64,000 nucleotides of DNA from Eledone cirrhosa (GCA_964016885.1 OZ024752.1:9548001-9612000), one strand, 5' to 3'; positions 1 through 11,779 are shown, counted from the stretch's first letter. Program-made: numbers and translations. Notes: a model not told the origin generated them from the sequence alone.

Positions 1-261
1 GCGACCTGGACTACAACCGCAAATCCAGGAAATCCAGTCATTTCTGACGTGTATAAGTTGCGTTATAAGTGTTATTTGTTTTTACTTGTTAGCTTTTGAT
101 AAGCTTGCGTAATAAAATAAATATATACTCTGTTGATTTAATTATATGAACTGATAAATTAAAAAAAAATGTGTTTTTTTCTTGAAAAATATGAAAATTT
201 CGAAATATCAAACTCCTGACCACAAACCCAAACTTCTGATTAAATAAGTGTTTTTTTTAAA

Positions 262-358
262 ATAATTGTTTCTACTTTAGGCACAAGGCCAGCAATTATC
301 CAGTACATTACTGGTACTTTATTTTATCGACCCCGTAAGGATGAAAGGCAAAGTTAAC
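262..358 (-). mobile_element. tRNA-derived SINE family A, 3' fragment
   Basis: Matches the 3' part of the SINE at 3081-3267 (gcctttcatccttacggggtcgataaaataaagtaccag on the minus strand). Confidence 0.85.
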
Positions 359-667
359 AAAGTGTTTTTTAAAAATAATAATGGGATATAACAAACCACG
401 AAATGACACTTAGAACCGGCGAACAAAAAATATGTTACACGACGAACAAAAAATATGTTACATATTGGTGAAATATATTTCTTCAGTGGAATATATACAA
501 AGGAGTTTAATCACTATTGCAAGGTATCTATATTCAAGGTTCTTAATTTTTATTATGTTACCTCCGCAACTATGTGTGTTTACACTCTTTACAAATTATC
601 CCATGTAATTATATGTATATATATATATAATATTAATAAATGGAAACTATATTTATAAAACCATATT

Positions 668-732
668 TATTTCATTATATATATTTCAAGGATACCAAGT
701 TAAATCATGGTATGCCTTCATCAGACAAAATA
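668..732 (-). ncRNA. Type I minimal hammerhead ribozyme motif (Penelope pLTR-type remnant)
   Basis: Minus strand reads tattttgt-CTGATGA-aggcatacca tgatttaact tggtatcctt-GAAA-T ATAT A-TA-atgaaata. Canonical core boxes, stem II of about 9 bp, stem I with two G-U pairs, palindromic stem III. Confidence 0.7.
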
Positions 733-1099
733 CAATATATAACAGTGTTACAAATAGATATTGACGTACCCTTTCGAAAAGGTGACCGTTGTTTTTGGAG
801 GCCATCCGGATAGTGGTTTGTTTACTTTAGTAAGTCATAGTGTTAAGAGTAAGTAAAAAGATGGAGAGAGAGAGAAACGTGGAGAAAAGAAAGGGAAAGA
901 TAGATAAAGAAAAAGAAGAAAGCAAAAAGAAAAGAGAACAGAGGAACAAAAAATATGTTACACGGTGTAATTGAAAATAAATCGGATTTTCAATTTCTCA
1001 GGAGACTAATTCTTACACTTTCGTGCTTGTGTTACATAAACATTTGACTAAACTGCATATCGAAACTATATCGATCTATATAATTATATATGTCTATAT

Positions 1100-1132
1100 A
1101 TTTATATAAAAATCTCTCTCTCTTTCTCTCAT

Positions 1133-1163
<31 letters not shown>

Positions 1164-1516
1164 CTCTCTCGCTCTCTCTCTCTATATATATATATCTATA
1201 TATATATCTATCTATATATATATACAAATCTCTCTCTCTCTCTCTATATATATATAAATCTCTCTCTCTATATATATATATATAAATCTCTCTCTCTATC
1301 TATCTATCTATATATATATCTACATATATATATATATGTTATTTTAATAAATATTTGCTCTACGGTTCTTATATATTTGATATATATTTATCCTTATCGA
1401 GCCCTCTTTGGATTTTAGTCTTCAAATTTATTATTATTACTATATATATATATAGATATATGAATCTCTCTCTCTCTATATATAAATTTCTCTCTCTCTC
1501 TATATATATATATAAA

Positions 1517-1555
<39 letters not shown>

Positions 1556-1730
1556 CTAAATCTCTCTCTCTCTATATATATATCTAAATCTCTCTCTCTC
1601 TCTATATATATCTAAATCTCTCTCTCTCTATATATATATCTGCATATATATATATATAAATCGCTCTCTCTCTCTATATATATATATATATAAATCTCTC
1701 TCTCTGCATATATATATATATATATATATA
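1100..1730. repeat. Compound (TC)n/(TA)n microsatellite with an embedded ~95-bp repeat fragment (1337-1430)
   Basis: Visible dinucleotide arrays. 1337-1430 is the reverse complement of 10411-10500 and related to 34398-34470. Confidence 0.9.
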
Positions 1731-2408
1731 GTAAGGTGTATTATTGGTTGTGTAAAATGGTCCAATAACTATGTTAGCAATATTAAGTTCTCCACGCTTT
1801 TGTATATCTCCAATTCCATTCGAGGGAACAGCTAGATGATGTAAAACGGAGTATAAGTATCAAAATGAAATTCCGAAGGCAAGGTAAAATTCCAATCATT
1901 TAATAACGACACATGTTTCAATAAGAGATAGATCGATTGTGAAGCCATGATCGATTATCACTGATCTCATCAGGTGAAAATGAATTGTCTTCAAATTCTT
2001 GATATGAGGGAGAAAAAATAACGATGTTCTCTCACAGAATTCATTCCCTCATATGAAGACACACCAGTCATAGACATGGCGACTGCTATTAGCTTTAGTT
2101 GAGGTCATAAAAGTTTTCAGATTTTGATCGCTGCAAAAGACGCTGGACATCAATTAAATCTGTAGGGATGTAGTCTGTCTCCGTTATACACAGTATTTAT
2201 ACTCCGTACTTATACACAGTACTTATACTCCGTTTTACATCATCTAGCTGTTCCCTCGAATGGAATTAGAGATATAAAAAGCATGGAGAACTTAATATTG
2301 CTAACATAAAGTTATTGGACCATTTTACACAACCAATAAGGCACCTTACTATATAACAACTTAAAGCTCCTATTTTTGTTGAGCACTTAATGCTGTTAAG
2401 CAAGGAAT

Positions 2409-3960
2409 ATGACAGAGAAATTCTCGGTGAACTCTTCACTTAAGGACATCCCTTTGCCCGACATAAAAGAATTCACAAGGTTGGCCATAGGTAAATCGGA
2501 TTCATTTGTCCGTAGAATGCGTTGGAAGGCCTTCCACTTCGACAGAGGAACACCAACAAACCACCCCAGGAAAGGAACGCGTGGCATCGAGGAAATATTC
2601 AAATCCAGAAGAAATCCACCACACAATAAATACTTGGAGGAATTCGAGACTGGAATGTCTAACATAGTGTCCAACCTTAAGTTTAAGAAAAAACCCACTC
2701 AGGAGAAAAAGTTACCTGAGATGACTGAATGGTGATCTAGTAAAATTGAAGAACTCGACCGGCATTTTAGTGCACGCAGACAAGACTAACAACCTGTACG
2801 ATATGGATAGAGTAACTTATGATGATTTGATAACCAGAGAACTTAGGAAAAGCTACAGAAAAACTACATGGGCCAGCCTGGATTTAATTAACACGGAGGC
2901 CAATAGCGTCGTGACTAAACTGGGTATTGAGGATAAAACCGAACCCTTCCATCCTAGAACCCCGAGGATTTTGCTGAAGGACCACAAATTGAACTTTGAA
3001 TCATTAAGACCTGTCAGGCTGATAGCCCCTTCGAAGTCGGACATAGGAATCGTAAGTAAAAATATCCTTGATAAAATAATTGTTTCTACTTTTGGCACAA
3101 GGCCAGCAATTACCCAATACATTACTGGTACTTTATTTTATCGACCCCGTAAGGATGAAAGGCAAAGTTAACCTCGGCGGGATTTGAACTCAGACCGTAA
3201 AGGGACGTAACTATGCTGGAAAGCATGGCGTCCGACTCTCTACTGATACTGCCAATCCACCGCCCTTTATCCTTGATAAAATAATCCCCACTAGTTAGGA
3301 GATCGAAGCTCAAGTTGTGGTCAGGAACTAGTGAGGTAATTAACTGGTTTGAGAAATCGCAGAATAAGAATAGCACTAAGTTTATACAGTTCGATATCTC
3401 TAATTACTACTCTTCAATCTCTCCAACTCTTCTAGGTAGGGCCCTTAACTTTGATAGCTTACACACCGACCTTACATCCGAGGAAATTAGCATTATTCTC
3501 CTAGCTAGGAAAACCTTAATTGAATTCAACGGTGACCTGTGGACTAGGAGGGATTGGCCAGACAATTTCGACATCACCATGGGATCCACGGACTCGGCCC
3601 AGGTGACGGATCTGGTGGGCCTTTACCTCTTTGACTGTCTCGGAGCGGAAATGCCCCACCTGGGAGGCGGCGCTTACCGTGACGACGTCTTGTTTACTGT
3701 GTCGTTCCATAATAATAGTATGGTAGAGAGGGTGAGGAAAAAACTTAGCAAATTCTTCAAGAATAGTATTTGAAGAGAATTTAAAAATAGTTAATTTTCT
3801 AGATGTTACACTTAACCTCAATTCAGGACTCTTCCAACCTTACCACAAACCCAACGAGAATCTAAACTATGTCAACGCAAAATCGAACCACCCTAGAATA
3901 GTCACTAACGGTATTACCAAAAGCGTCTCTAGTAGAATTTCAGGACTATCTTCCAATGAA
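2409..3960 (+). pseudogene. PLE reverse transcriptase (frameshifted, SINE-interrupted)
   Basis: Motifs RRMRWKAFHF, ADKTNNLY, LKDHKLNF..PVRLIAPSKSDIG, FIQFDISNYYSSI, FDITMGSTDSAQVTDLVGLY, YRDD, then VNFLDVTLNL..F.PYHKPN..L.YV..SNHP, all typical of PLE RT/thumb. Confidence 0.92.
3081..3267 (-). mobile_element. tRNA-derived SINE family A (octopus OR/Meta-domain-like), full copy with 18-bp TSD, inside the PLE RT
   Basis: A-box-like tggcagtatcag and B box gagttcaaatcc on the minus strand. TSD tatccttgataaaataat at 3063-3080 and 3268-3285. Family name is recalled from the literature, not searched. Confidence 0.92.
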
Positions 3961-4139
3961 TTATAGTAGACTTAGGACAGCCAATGAGGGAATTAGGCAT
4001 GGCAGCTCTATTGAGGAACTGACTCATACATGTGAGGCGAGTCGGGTCTCCCCAACCCCAGGGAATTTACCCATAGAGCAGACTCGAACTGAGACCCGAC
4101 CCCAAAGATACCGTGGTCCATCCGGAACTACCCAGATCG

Positions 4140-4576
4140 ATAGCAAAAAATGTAACTGCAGAAGCACCGCCACCTGCCCCATGGCTGGGAAATGCCTTAC
4201 CAAAAACATAGTCTACGACTGTAAGGTCTCCACTCCTGATAGAACCTTTAGGTATATTGGGGCAACTGCCACGGAATTTAAGGATAGATGGTATAATCAC
4301 CGCCATACCTTTAATAGATTAGATAAAAAAAATAGCACGGCACTTTCGGAATTAGTCTGGAAGCTTAAACATCAGAATATAGAGCACTCCTTATCCTGGT
4401 GCATAGTTTTCTCAGCCCAACCTTATAACGGCAGCACTGGCCTCTGCAATTTATGTATAGCTGAAACTTTTAATATTAATAGAGGCGGCCCCCTATTAAT
4501 TAATAGAAGAGCAGATTTTTTCAACAACTGTCAACATAGAACCTCGAAAACCTTCCGCAGGATTTTTGGAAGGTAA
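4140..4576 (+). pseudogene. PLE GIY-YIG endonuclease with Cys-rich linker
   Basis: CNCRSTATCPMAGKC-LTKNIVY...YIGAT..FKDRW.NH..F...STALS..VW.LK...CNLC..E...IN.R..F...CQH in ORF 3956-4576. Confidence 0.92.
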
Positions 4577-5943
4577 CCTACCAGTAACTCCTCCCTCTCT
4601 ACTTTAGCCATAGAGTTCTCTCAATAAACGGACAGTCACACACTTAGGTAGTTAGACGGCTAAGATTGTTTGCGCACTTGCAAATGATACTCGGCCTGTT
4701 TCCACGGAGTTCTCACAGCTGAGTGCTCTCTTTTAAAATACCTAGCTAGTAAATAGTTAGATTGATTACACACTTAGTTAGGACCGATTACGCTCTCTAT
4801 ACATAGCTCCACACACAGTACCCGTTTCCTTTAGACATTGAGCTCCCGCATTTACGACTGTCACGTTCCTACCGACTGAACACTACACCAGGTTTTGATG
4901 CGTGATCATGTGACCATGGAGGACTCACTGTTACGGATTGAACAATAATACTGACACACCATTAATGGGCCTACACACATCCTTTGGATTTTACTGTCCT
5001 GTGTTTTCTTACTTCACCTTCTGGTGTTGGATAACACACCTCCACCACTCAAACAACTATCTTAAAAGCTCATTGGCCCATGTGACGGGAAATCGCACTT
5101 GCGGACGCATTTACCCAATACCCAACCCTACACGGAGCCCTTTGCCGGCCCACATTGCAGTTTTCTTGCACGCACGGATTTGGTGACACGGATTCTCAAC
5201 GGGACAGCGGTACACAAGGAGCTCGACATGAGCTGATTGCTTGCTCTTCACATGGATGTGTATATACCCGGACATACCCCCCACCCCATTTTTTGGACGA
5301 TTCGGATGTGTATATACCATAACACATACTTGAAGATATGGATGTTACAATTCGATCTATACACGTATAGCAGAACACTGAACTGAACTGAACTTACGTA
5401 CGTACGTGCGTGCGTGCGTGCGCGTGCGTGCGTGTGCGTGCGTGTGTAGCGTTGGTTAACCCAATATTTCCAATTTACATCGTCAAATTGAGATTTAACC
5501 AACATAGCTTCTGTTGCTTTGTGAACTAACTTTCGGTGAGTGCTGTGTTGGTACATTCTTATATTTGTTTTTTCTCGGACATCGCTTCGGTGTGTGTGAA
5601 AGTGTGTGTGTACCCACCCACGCTAATTCTACGGGTTTAATACTGTGTTGATGTGTGTATATACATGTATATATTTTTCTTTGACCTCGAGCCGATGTAT
5701 GCGGGTGTGGAGTGTGTGTTTACCCACTCACTTTTAACTGTGACTGACTGTATCCCTACAGATTTGATTGATGTCCAGCGTCTTTTGCAGCGATAGAAAT
5801 CTGAAAACTTTTATGACCTCAACTAAAGCTAATAGCAGTCGCCGTGTCTATGACTGGTATGTCTCCATATGAGGGAATGAATTGTGTGAGAGAACATCGT
5901 TATTCTTTCTCCCTCATATCAAGAATTTGAAGACAATTCATTT

Positions 5944-6017
5944 TCACCTGATGAGCTCAGTGATAATCGCTCATGGCTTCACAATCGATCTATCTCTTAT
6001 TGAAACATGTGTCGTGA
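5944..6017 (+). ncRNA. Type I hammerhead ribozyme in PLE pseudo-LTR (second copy on minus strand ~1903-1977)
   Basis: tcac-CTGATGA-(47-nt stem II region)-GAAA-C ATGT G-TC-gtga. GUC cleavage triplet and palindromic ACATGT stem III. Confidence 0.8.
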
Positions 6018-6058
6018 TTAAATGATTGGAATTTTACCTTGCCTTCGGATTTTCATTT

Positions 6059-6152
<94 letters not shown>

Positions 6153-6419
6153 CTATTAGAAATTATAAAAATATATGGTAAGCGAAGCTTGTTATTTAAA
6201 CATTGAATATTGATTATATTTTCGGTTGTTAAGCAGATATATTTTTCATTGTGAAATAAAAGAAGGAAAATTTAAAAAAAAAGATCCTAGCATACACACA
6301 AGGCTGGTATTTTGTTGGGGAAGGGACAGTCTATGTTACCAACTCCAGTACTCACCTAATATTCTATCCTAACGACTGGCAAGGCTTCAAATTTCAATGA
6401 TAAAGAGCTGGAACAAATC

Positions 6420-6870
6420 TTGGTTTCTAATTCAGGCACAAGGCCAGCAATTTGTGGGGGCAGTCGATTAAATCGACCCCAGTACGTGATTGGTACTTTA
6501 TTTTATCGACCCCGTAATCATGAAAGGCAAAGTTAACCTCGGCGAGAGTTGAAATCAGACCATAAAGGGACGTAACTATGCTGGAAAGCATGACGACCGA
6601 GCCTCTACCGATACTGCCAATCCACCGCCAGTAATAATAATTGTTTCTACTTTTGGCACAAGGCCAGCAATTACCCAGTGCATTACTGGTACTTTATTTT
6701 ATCGACCCCGTAAGGATGAAAGGCAAAGTTAACCTCGGCGGGATTTGAACTCAGAATGGCAAGGGCCGTAACTCTATGCGTCAAAGCATGGCGTCCGACC
6801 TTCTATCGATACTGCCAACCCACCGCCAGTAATAATAATAATAATTGTTTCTACTTTTGAAACAAGGCAA
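6420..6870 (-). mobile_element. Tandem SINE family A copies (6420-6630 long form, 6636-6829 short form, plus a 3' stub)
   Basis: Direct similarity to 3081-3267; the long form carries an extra gtcgattaaatcgac hairpin. Confidence 0.9.
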
Positions 6871-6879
6871 AGTAACTAA

Positions 6880-8195
6880 ACTGTACGTTAAAATAACTAG
6901 CAGGACTTCATTTAGAACACACCGCAGCTTAATTAGATATAGAAAGTTAATATCTTTTCATTAACACAGGGAGGAGGAGGAGACCTTATATAACTAGAAA
7001 ACTATTATTAAATAACCACTATAGGAGCAAAAAAATATATATAATGAAAAATAATGGCAAGATAATGCAAATAGCCATGAAACACGAAGAAAACAACAAT
7101 AGAATATTCCGTTCTCTCTTCAAGGAAGCCAAAATATTCAAAAGAGATACTGAATTGACAGATAATTATGCAGAAAATGAAAACACGGAGGAAAGAGCGA
7201 GAGAAAGTGTGAAAAAGATAAAATCAAAATTGTAAAAAGATGTCTAGAAAGTTAAAATACACCAAATACCTGAATAAACTAAGAAGTGGACAATCAACAG
7301 GTATAAAACTGGTTTAAAATACTTGAAAAGTGAAACTGAAGGATTTCTAATTGCAGTACAAGGTTAAAGTCTCCCCAACAGAAATATCTAATGAAGCAGA
7401 ACATAGTAACTGTAGAATATGTGGTGGTTGGGGAAGAAACAGCCATATTATCTCTGGCTGTACTAGGTTAAAGTCTCCCCAACAGAAACTACCAGAAATA
7501 CCTAATGAAGCAGAACATAGTAACTGTAGAATATGTGGTGGTTGGGAAGAAATAACCATATTATCTCTGGCTGTACAGTCTTAGTCAAATAGGAATACAT
7601 CCACAGACATGATAGAGTAAGGACCTATATACACTGGAAGTTATGCTAATATTATGAAATACCAACAGACAAAAAATGTGGTACAAACATACACCAGGAA
7701 AGGTGTTAGAGAATTACAAAGCAAACATACTCTGGGATATTCCAATACACACAGACAGGAAGATCAAAGCCAACTGACCGGATATTATAATAAAATACCA
7801 CAAGGAAAAATATGGTTTCTAGGTAATGTATCTATCGTCACAGACGACAAAATATCCATCAAGTAACTAGAGAAATCATCCAAATATAAAGATCTGGAGA
7901 AAGAAATAAGCCGAATGTGGATTATGAAGACAGAAACAGTTCCTATGACAATAGGTGCTCTGGGAATGATAAACATAAAAATAAACACACAAACAGATAC
8001 AAAACCCAAACCCCAGGACTTACAAATAGATACAGCAAAGAGAAAATAGCACTACTGGGCACTGCACACATATTACGAAAAGTACTCTCAATACTAAACA
8101 ATACCAAAAACGACTATGCACATACCCAATGTACACAGAGCTGTGTCCGTTAATGAAATAACAACACAATGACAATAAAACTACTACTAATAATA
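6880..8195 (+). mobile_element. R4/Dong-like non-LTR retrotransposon 3' fragment (CCHC finger + restriction-like endonuclease), decayed
   Basis: Across frames: SETEGFLIAVQ, CRICG..HIISGC..L...YIHRHDRV..YIHWKLC, ILWDIPIHTDRKIKAN.PDII, KYKDLEKEISRMW, IGALG, KIALLGTAHILRKVL; (TAA)n-like tail. Internal tandem duplication ~7361-7578. Confidence 0.85.
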
Positions 8196-8866
8196 ATCGT
8201 TTCTGATTTAGGCACAAGGCCAACAAAGTCGATTGAATTGACCCCCATTGCATTTTTAGGTCAGGTCAGGTCACACTTGAGTGCTACTGGTAACATGTAA
8301 CCCAGTACAACTTGTCGCATGGTCGGGTCGTCGGCGACTAAACCGGCAATCCCACCAAGTTTAGTGAGGAGGGTGACTTTGGACACCCTGCAGGACAAAA
8401 AACAAAGGGTGGAAGAACTCATAAGAGTCAACGGCCATCTAGAAAAATAAATCCTGCCAAATCAATGGGTGGCAGTAGTTCCAGCTGCACGCATCGAAAG
8501 ACTGGTGTAGCGGTTCTGAGAACAATGTGGCTTTGTAGATGATCAATACAAATTGACAACGGAAAGGTGCTGCTGCTCGAGTTAGAAGAGAACTATTGAC
8601 CTTCAGGAGAAGCAGCGACCTCTGATTGTATTCAGCAACCGAAACAAATATGAAGTACACCAAATTGGGAAAGGCGTCCTGAATCTTTGCGAGTGCAAAC
8701 TCGGCCGAACGAAACGAAATATTATTGGTACTTTATTTTATGGACCCCGTAAAGATGAAAGGCAAAGCTAACCTCGGCGGGATTTGAACATTTCAACTTA
8801 GATCGCAAAGGGACGTAACTATGCCACAGAGCATGTTGTCCAACGTTCTACCGATACTGCCAATAC
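8196..8866 (-). mobile_element. SINE family A split in two (8196-8253 and 8721-8866) by a nested insertion
   Basis: The two halves are contiguous parts of the SINE consensus (...cccattgcatt | attattggtactttatt...). Confidence 0.8.
8254..8720. mobile_element. ~470-bp structured interspersed repeat (possibly RTE-associated UTR or non-autonomous element)
   Basis: 8277-8437 is the diverged reverse complement of 34195-34371; (aggtc)n at one end; no ORF. Confidence 0.6.
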
Positions 8867-8879
8867 AACAATAATAATT

Positions 8880-9268
8880 CAGTTTTCTTTATTAGCCACA
8901 CAAGGCTTACATCAAGGAAAAATTAAAGACGACACATGACGATACAATGTGGATTTTTCGTGTAAAATATATGATAAGGGAAAACAACAAACTTGTAGAA
9001 ATTAAGACCAAAAAAGCCCAATAGGGTGAGAGGAGACTTCCCAGAGACACTCATGGAAAAAGCTCAGAAGAAGCTAAGGTCACCATGACCGTTCCGGAAA
9101 GTATCCCACATTGCATCTATTTTCATCCAATCTACAGGCAGACCCATCCATTCGGACGGACCATGTAGGTCACTCTCATCCACCATTCAAGCAACAGACT
9201 AGAAGGCAGCTCTTCCTTCTTCCCACTTCCTCTTCAAATGATACTCGAAATAATTAATCACGGCCTTT
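8880..9268 (-). mobile_element. Tx1/L1-like LINE 3' end fragment
   Basis: Minus strand encodes AVINYFEYHLKRK..E......W-like C-terminus followed by a UTR ending tgtggctaataaagaaaa. Weak. Confidence 0.4.
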
Positions 9269-9294
9269 AAAAAAAATGTCTAAAGTCTGTCTCA

Positions 9295-9432
9295 AGCCCG
9301 GAAACTCACGAGGCCGGTGCTTATCACTGTTTCATGGCGTTAAGCGACTGAGAGTACAAAACTTCCCCCTGGGTAGGACGTCAGTTCATACAGGGTTAAA
9401 CGGCTAAATATTGCTGCTGGTACTTATTTTCT
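9295..9432 (-). mobile_element. CORE-type SINE 3' fragment
   Basis: Reverse complement resembles 47395-47510 and 51050-51150 (ggtttaaccctgt..actggcgtcct..cagg..gttttgtactctcagtcgctt.acgcca). Confidence 0.65.
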
Positions 9433-10108
9433 TTCTCTTACTCTCTCTTATAGAAATGACTTCTACAGGACTAGATCTGATTCATTCGTAAGAAATCATT
9501 AGAAAAGTCCTGGTGAGTTACAATTGAAACAGATAAAGTCTTGTAGAAGTTATTTCTATAATAAAATAAATATGTTTATACTCTAGTAAACTATTGGTTA
9601 CTTTTTTAACTGTGATCACCTCCTACTCCGATATATATATATATATACACTCACAAAAATGTCTGCGTGTATAAATACGTATATATATATACATATATAT
9701 ATATATATAAATAAATAAATACGAATATATATATATAAATATATATATACACACACATAAAATACGTATGCATATATAGTTCTTATTAAGTAGATATTTA
9801 GATGTATATGAATATACAATATGAATATTATTAAAATAAAAAATGGACATTATTGGTGATATCAGATACCAGATTAGAAGACAATAAGTAGAAACTAGAA
9901 TATATATGTTTGGTAAGAATCTCCTCATTAAATGGAATATAGTAATCGGAATCTCAACTTTAGATATTTAAGATATTTATTTTGGGAATAAAACACCCGA
10001 ATTATAGTGAATGACAAATACGTAATAGATTTTGGGTGACACATATACAAACAAACATACTGGCACACACACATGCGTGTGTATATTTATATAAAGGCAC
10101 ACACACAC

Positions 10109-10186
<78 letters not shown>

Positions 10187-10324
10187 CGTGTGTATATTTA
10201 TATAAATACGTATAAACACGTACTATGCATTAACACACTGAACTCATACGTGTTTTTGTATGAATGACTATATAGTTACATACACTCAAACATTACCTCC
10301 CCATGTATATATATACAATATATC

Positions 10325-10396
<72 letters not shown>

Positions 10397-10410
10397 ATAT
10401 ATATATATAA

Positions 10411-10631
10411 ATTTGAGGACTAAAATCCAAAGAGGGTTCGATAAGGATAAATATATATCAAATATATAAGAACCTTACAGCAAATATTTATTAAAATAAC
10501 AGATTACAGTGTAAGCAAAGAATCGCTGCTTTCACCCTTAACAGGATCTTCTGAAACTGAAATCTTCAGAAGATCCGTTAAGGGTGAAAGCAGCGATTCT
10601 TTGCTTAAACTTTAATCTGTTATTTTAATAA

Positions 10632-10635
<4 letters not shown>
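10411..10635. repeat. Fold-back short element between (CA)n/(TA)n arrays; 72-bp inverted arms
   Basis: 10484-10555 and 10565-10635 are near-perfect inverted repeats. Other family members at 1337-1430 and 34398-34542. Confidence 0.85.
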
Positions 10636-10662
<27 letters not shown>

Positions 10663-10820
10663 TCTACATATACACACACACACATATATCTACATACACA
10701 CACACATATCTACACACACACATATATATATATATATAACATTTAAAGGGTATATACATATAAACTTATGGTGATTGGGAGAAGAAATAATGTATATATT
10801 TTATCTAATGATTCTATGGA

Positions 10821-10854
<34 letters not shown>

Positions 10855-11547
10855 TATGTATGTATACGTACATACATATATGTATACAGACGTACAGTAG
10901 CATGTATATATATACATACATGCACACATATATATATGCACGTATCAGTTTACCGAACATTTATTATAATGCTCGGTTTGTTCGTTTGTAAACAAACAAA
11001 CAGCCTGAATTACGCCGTACAGTGTTTAGGCAACCACGTCACCTTTTTGTTCAACACTGACACAGGAACGATGTACTAGTTTCAAGCTTATTAGCTATCG
11101 TCAGCACCGTATACCTTTCTGCCAGATGGTTGAACGTCCGAAAGTATATACTTTCCTTATGAAAATTAACGGCTGAGCAGCCTAATTTGCATATCGAGTG
11201 AGTTCAGTCGGCGAGGCGTACCGAAAACGATAAATGGAATAGAATGAAACGAAATTTCATTTCTCACTCTTCGTACGGCACTTACTTAAATGTAAGTATG
11301 TATGTATACGTACATACATATATGTATACAGACGTACAGTAGCATGTATATATATACATACAGGCACACATATATATATATATGCACGTATCAGTTTACC
11401 GAACATTTATTATAATGCTCGGTTTGTTCGTTTGTAAACAAACAAACAGCCTACATTTAAGTAAGTGCCGTACTAAGAGTGAGAAATGAAATTTCGTTTC
11501 ATTCTATTCCATTTATATATATATATATATATAACCAAAGATAGATA

Positions 11548-11650
11548 TAATTGTTTCTACTTTTGGCACAAGCCAGCAATTACCCAGTACATTACTGGTA
11601 CTTTATTTTATCGACCCCGTAAGGATGAAAGGCAAAGTCAACCTCGGCAT
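11548..11650 (-). mobile_element. SINE family A, 5'-truncated
   Basis: Matches the 3' half of 3081-3267. Confidence 0.85.
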
Positions 11651-11779
11651 AATGAATGAAAGACAGAAAGACGGAGGGGAAAATCTAGACATAGAAATAA
11701 AACAATGTGCACAAGTACAGTTTAAATTACAATAACGTATGTATATTTACACCAAAATAGATACACAGATAGAGATCAG

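Larger units (their letters stand above)
1731..6063 (+). mobile_element. Penelope-like retroelement (PLE), near full length, decayed, with inverted 5' pseudo-LTR, inserted in (TA)n
   Basis: RT and GIY-YIG remnants at 2409-4576. 1858-2170 is the reverse complement of 5752-6063, and 1731-1860 is the reverse complement of 2221-2350. Hammerhead in the terminal repeat; (TA)n on both flanks. Confidence 0.93.

Noticed and set aside
3081-3267. tRNA genes at SINE heads
   Set aside because: A and B boxes are present but there is no cloverleaf or acceptor stem; SINE-derived.
8330-8395. Twister- or HDV-like ribozyme (TAA...CCC...GAGGAGGG)
   Set aside because: Lacks the twister GCC/AAGC pseudoknot elements, and no HDV P1/P2/P3 register could be built.
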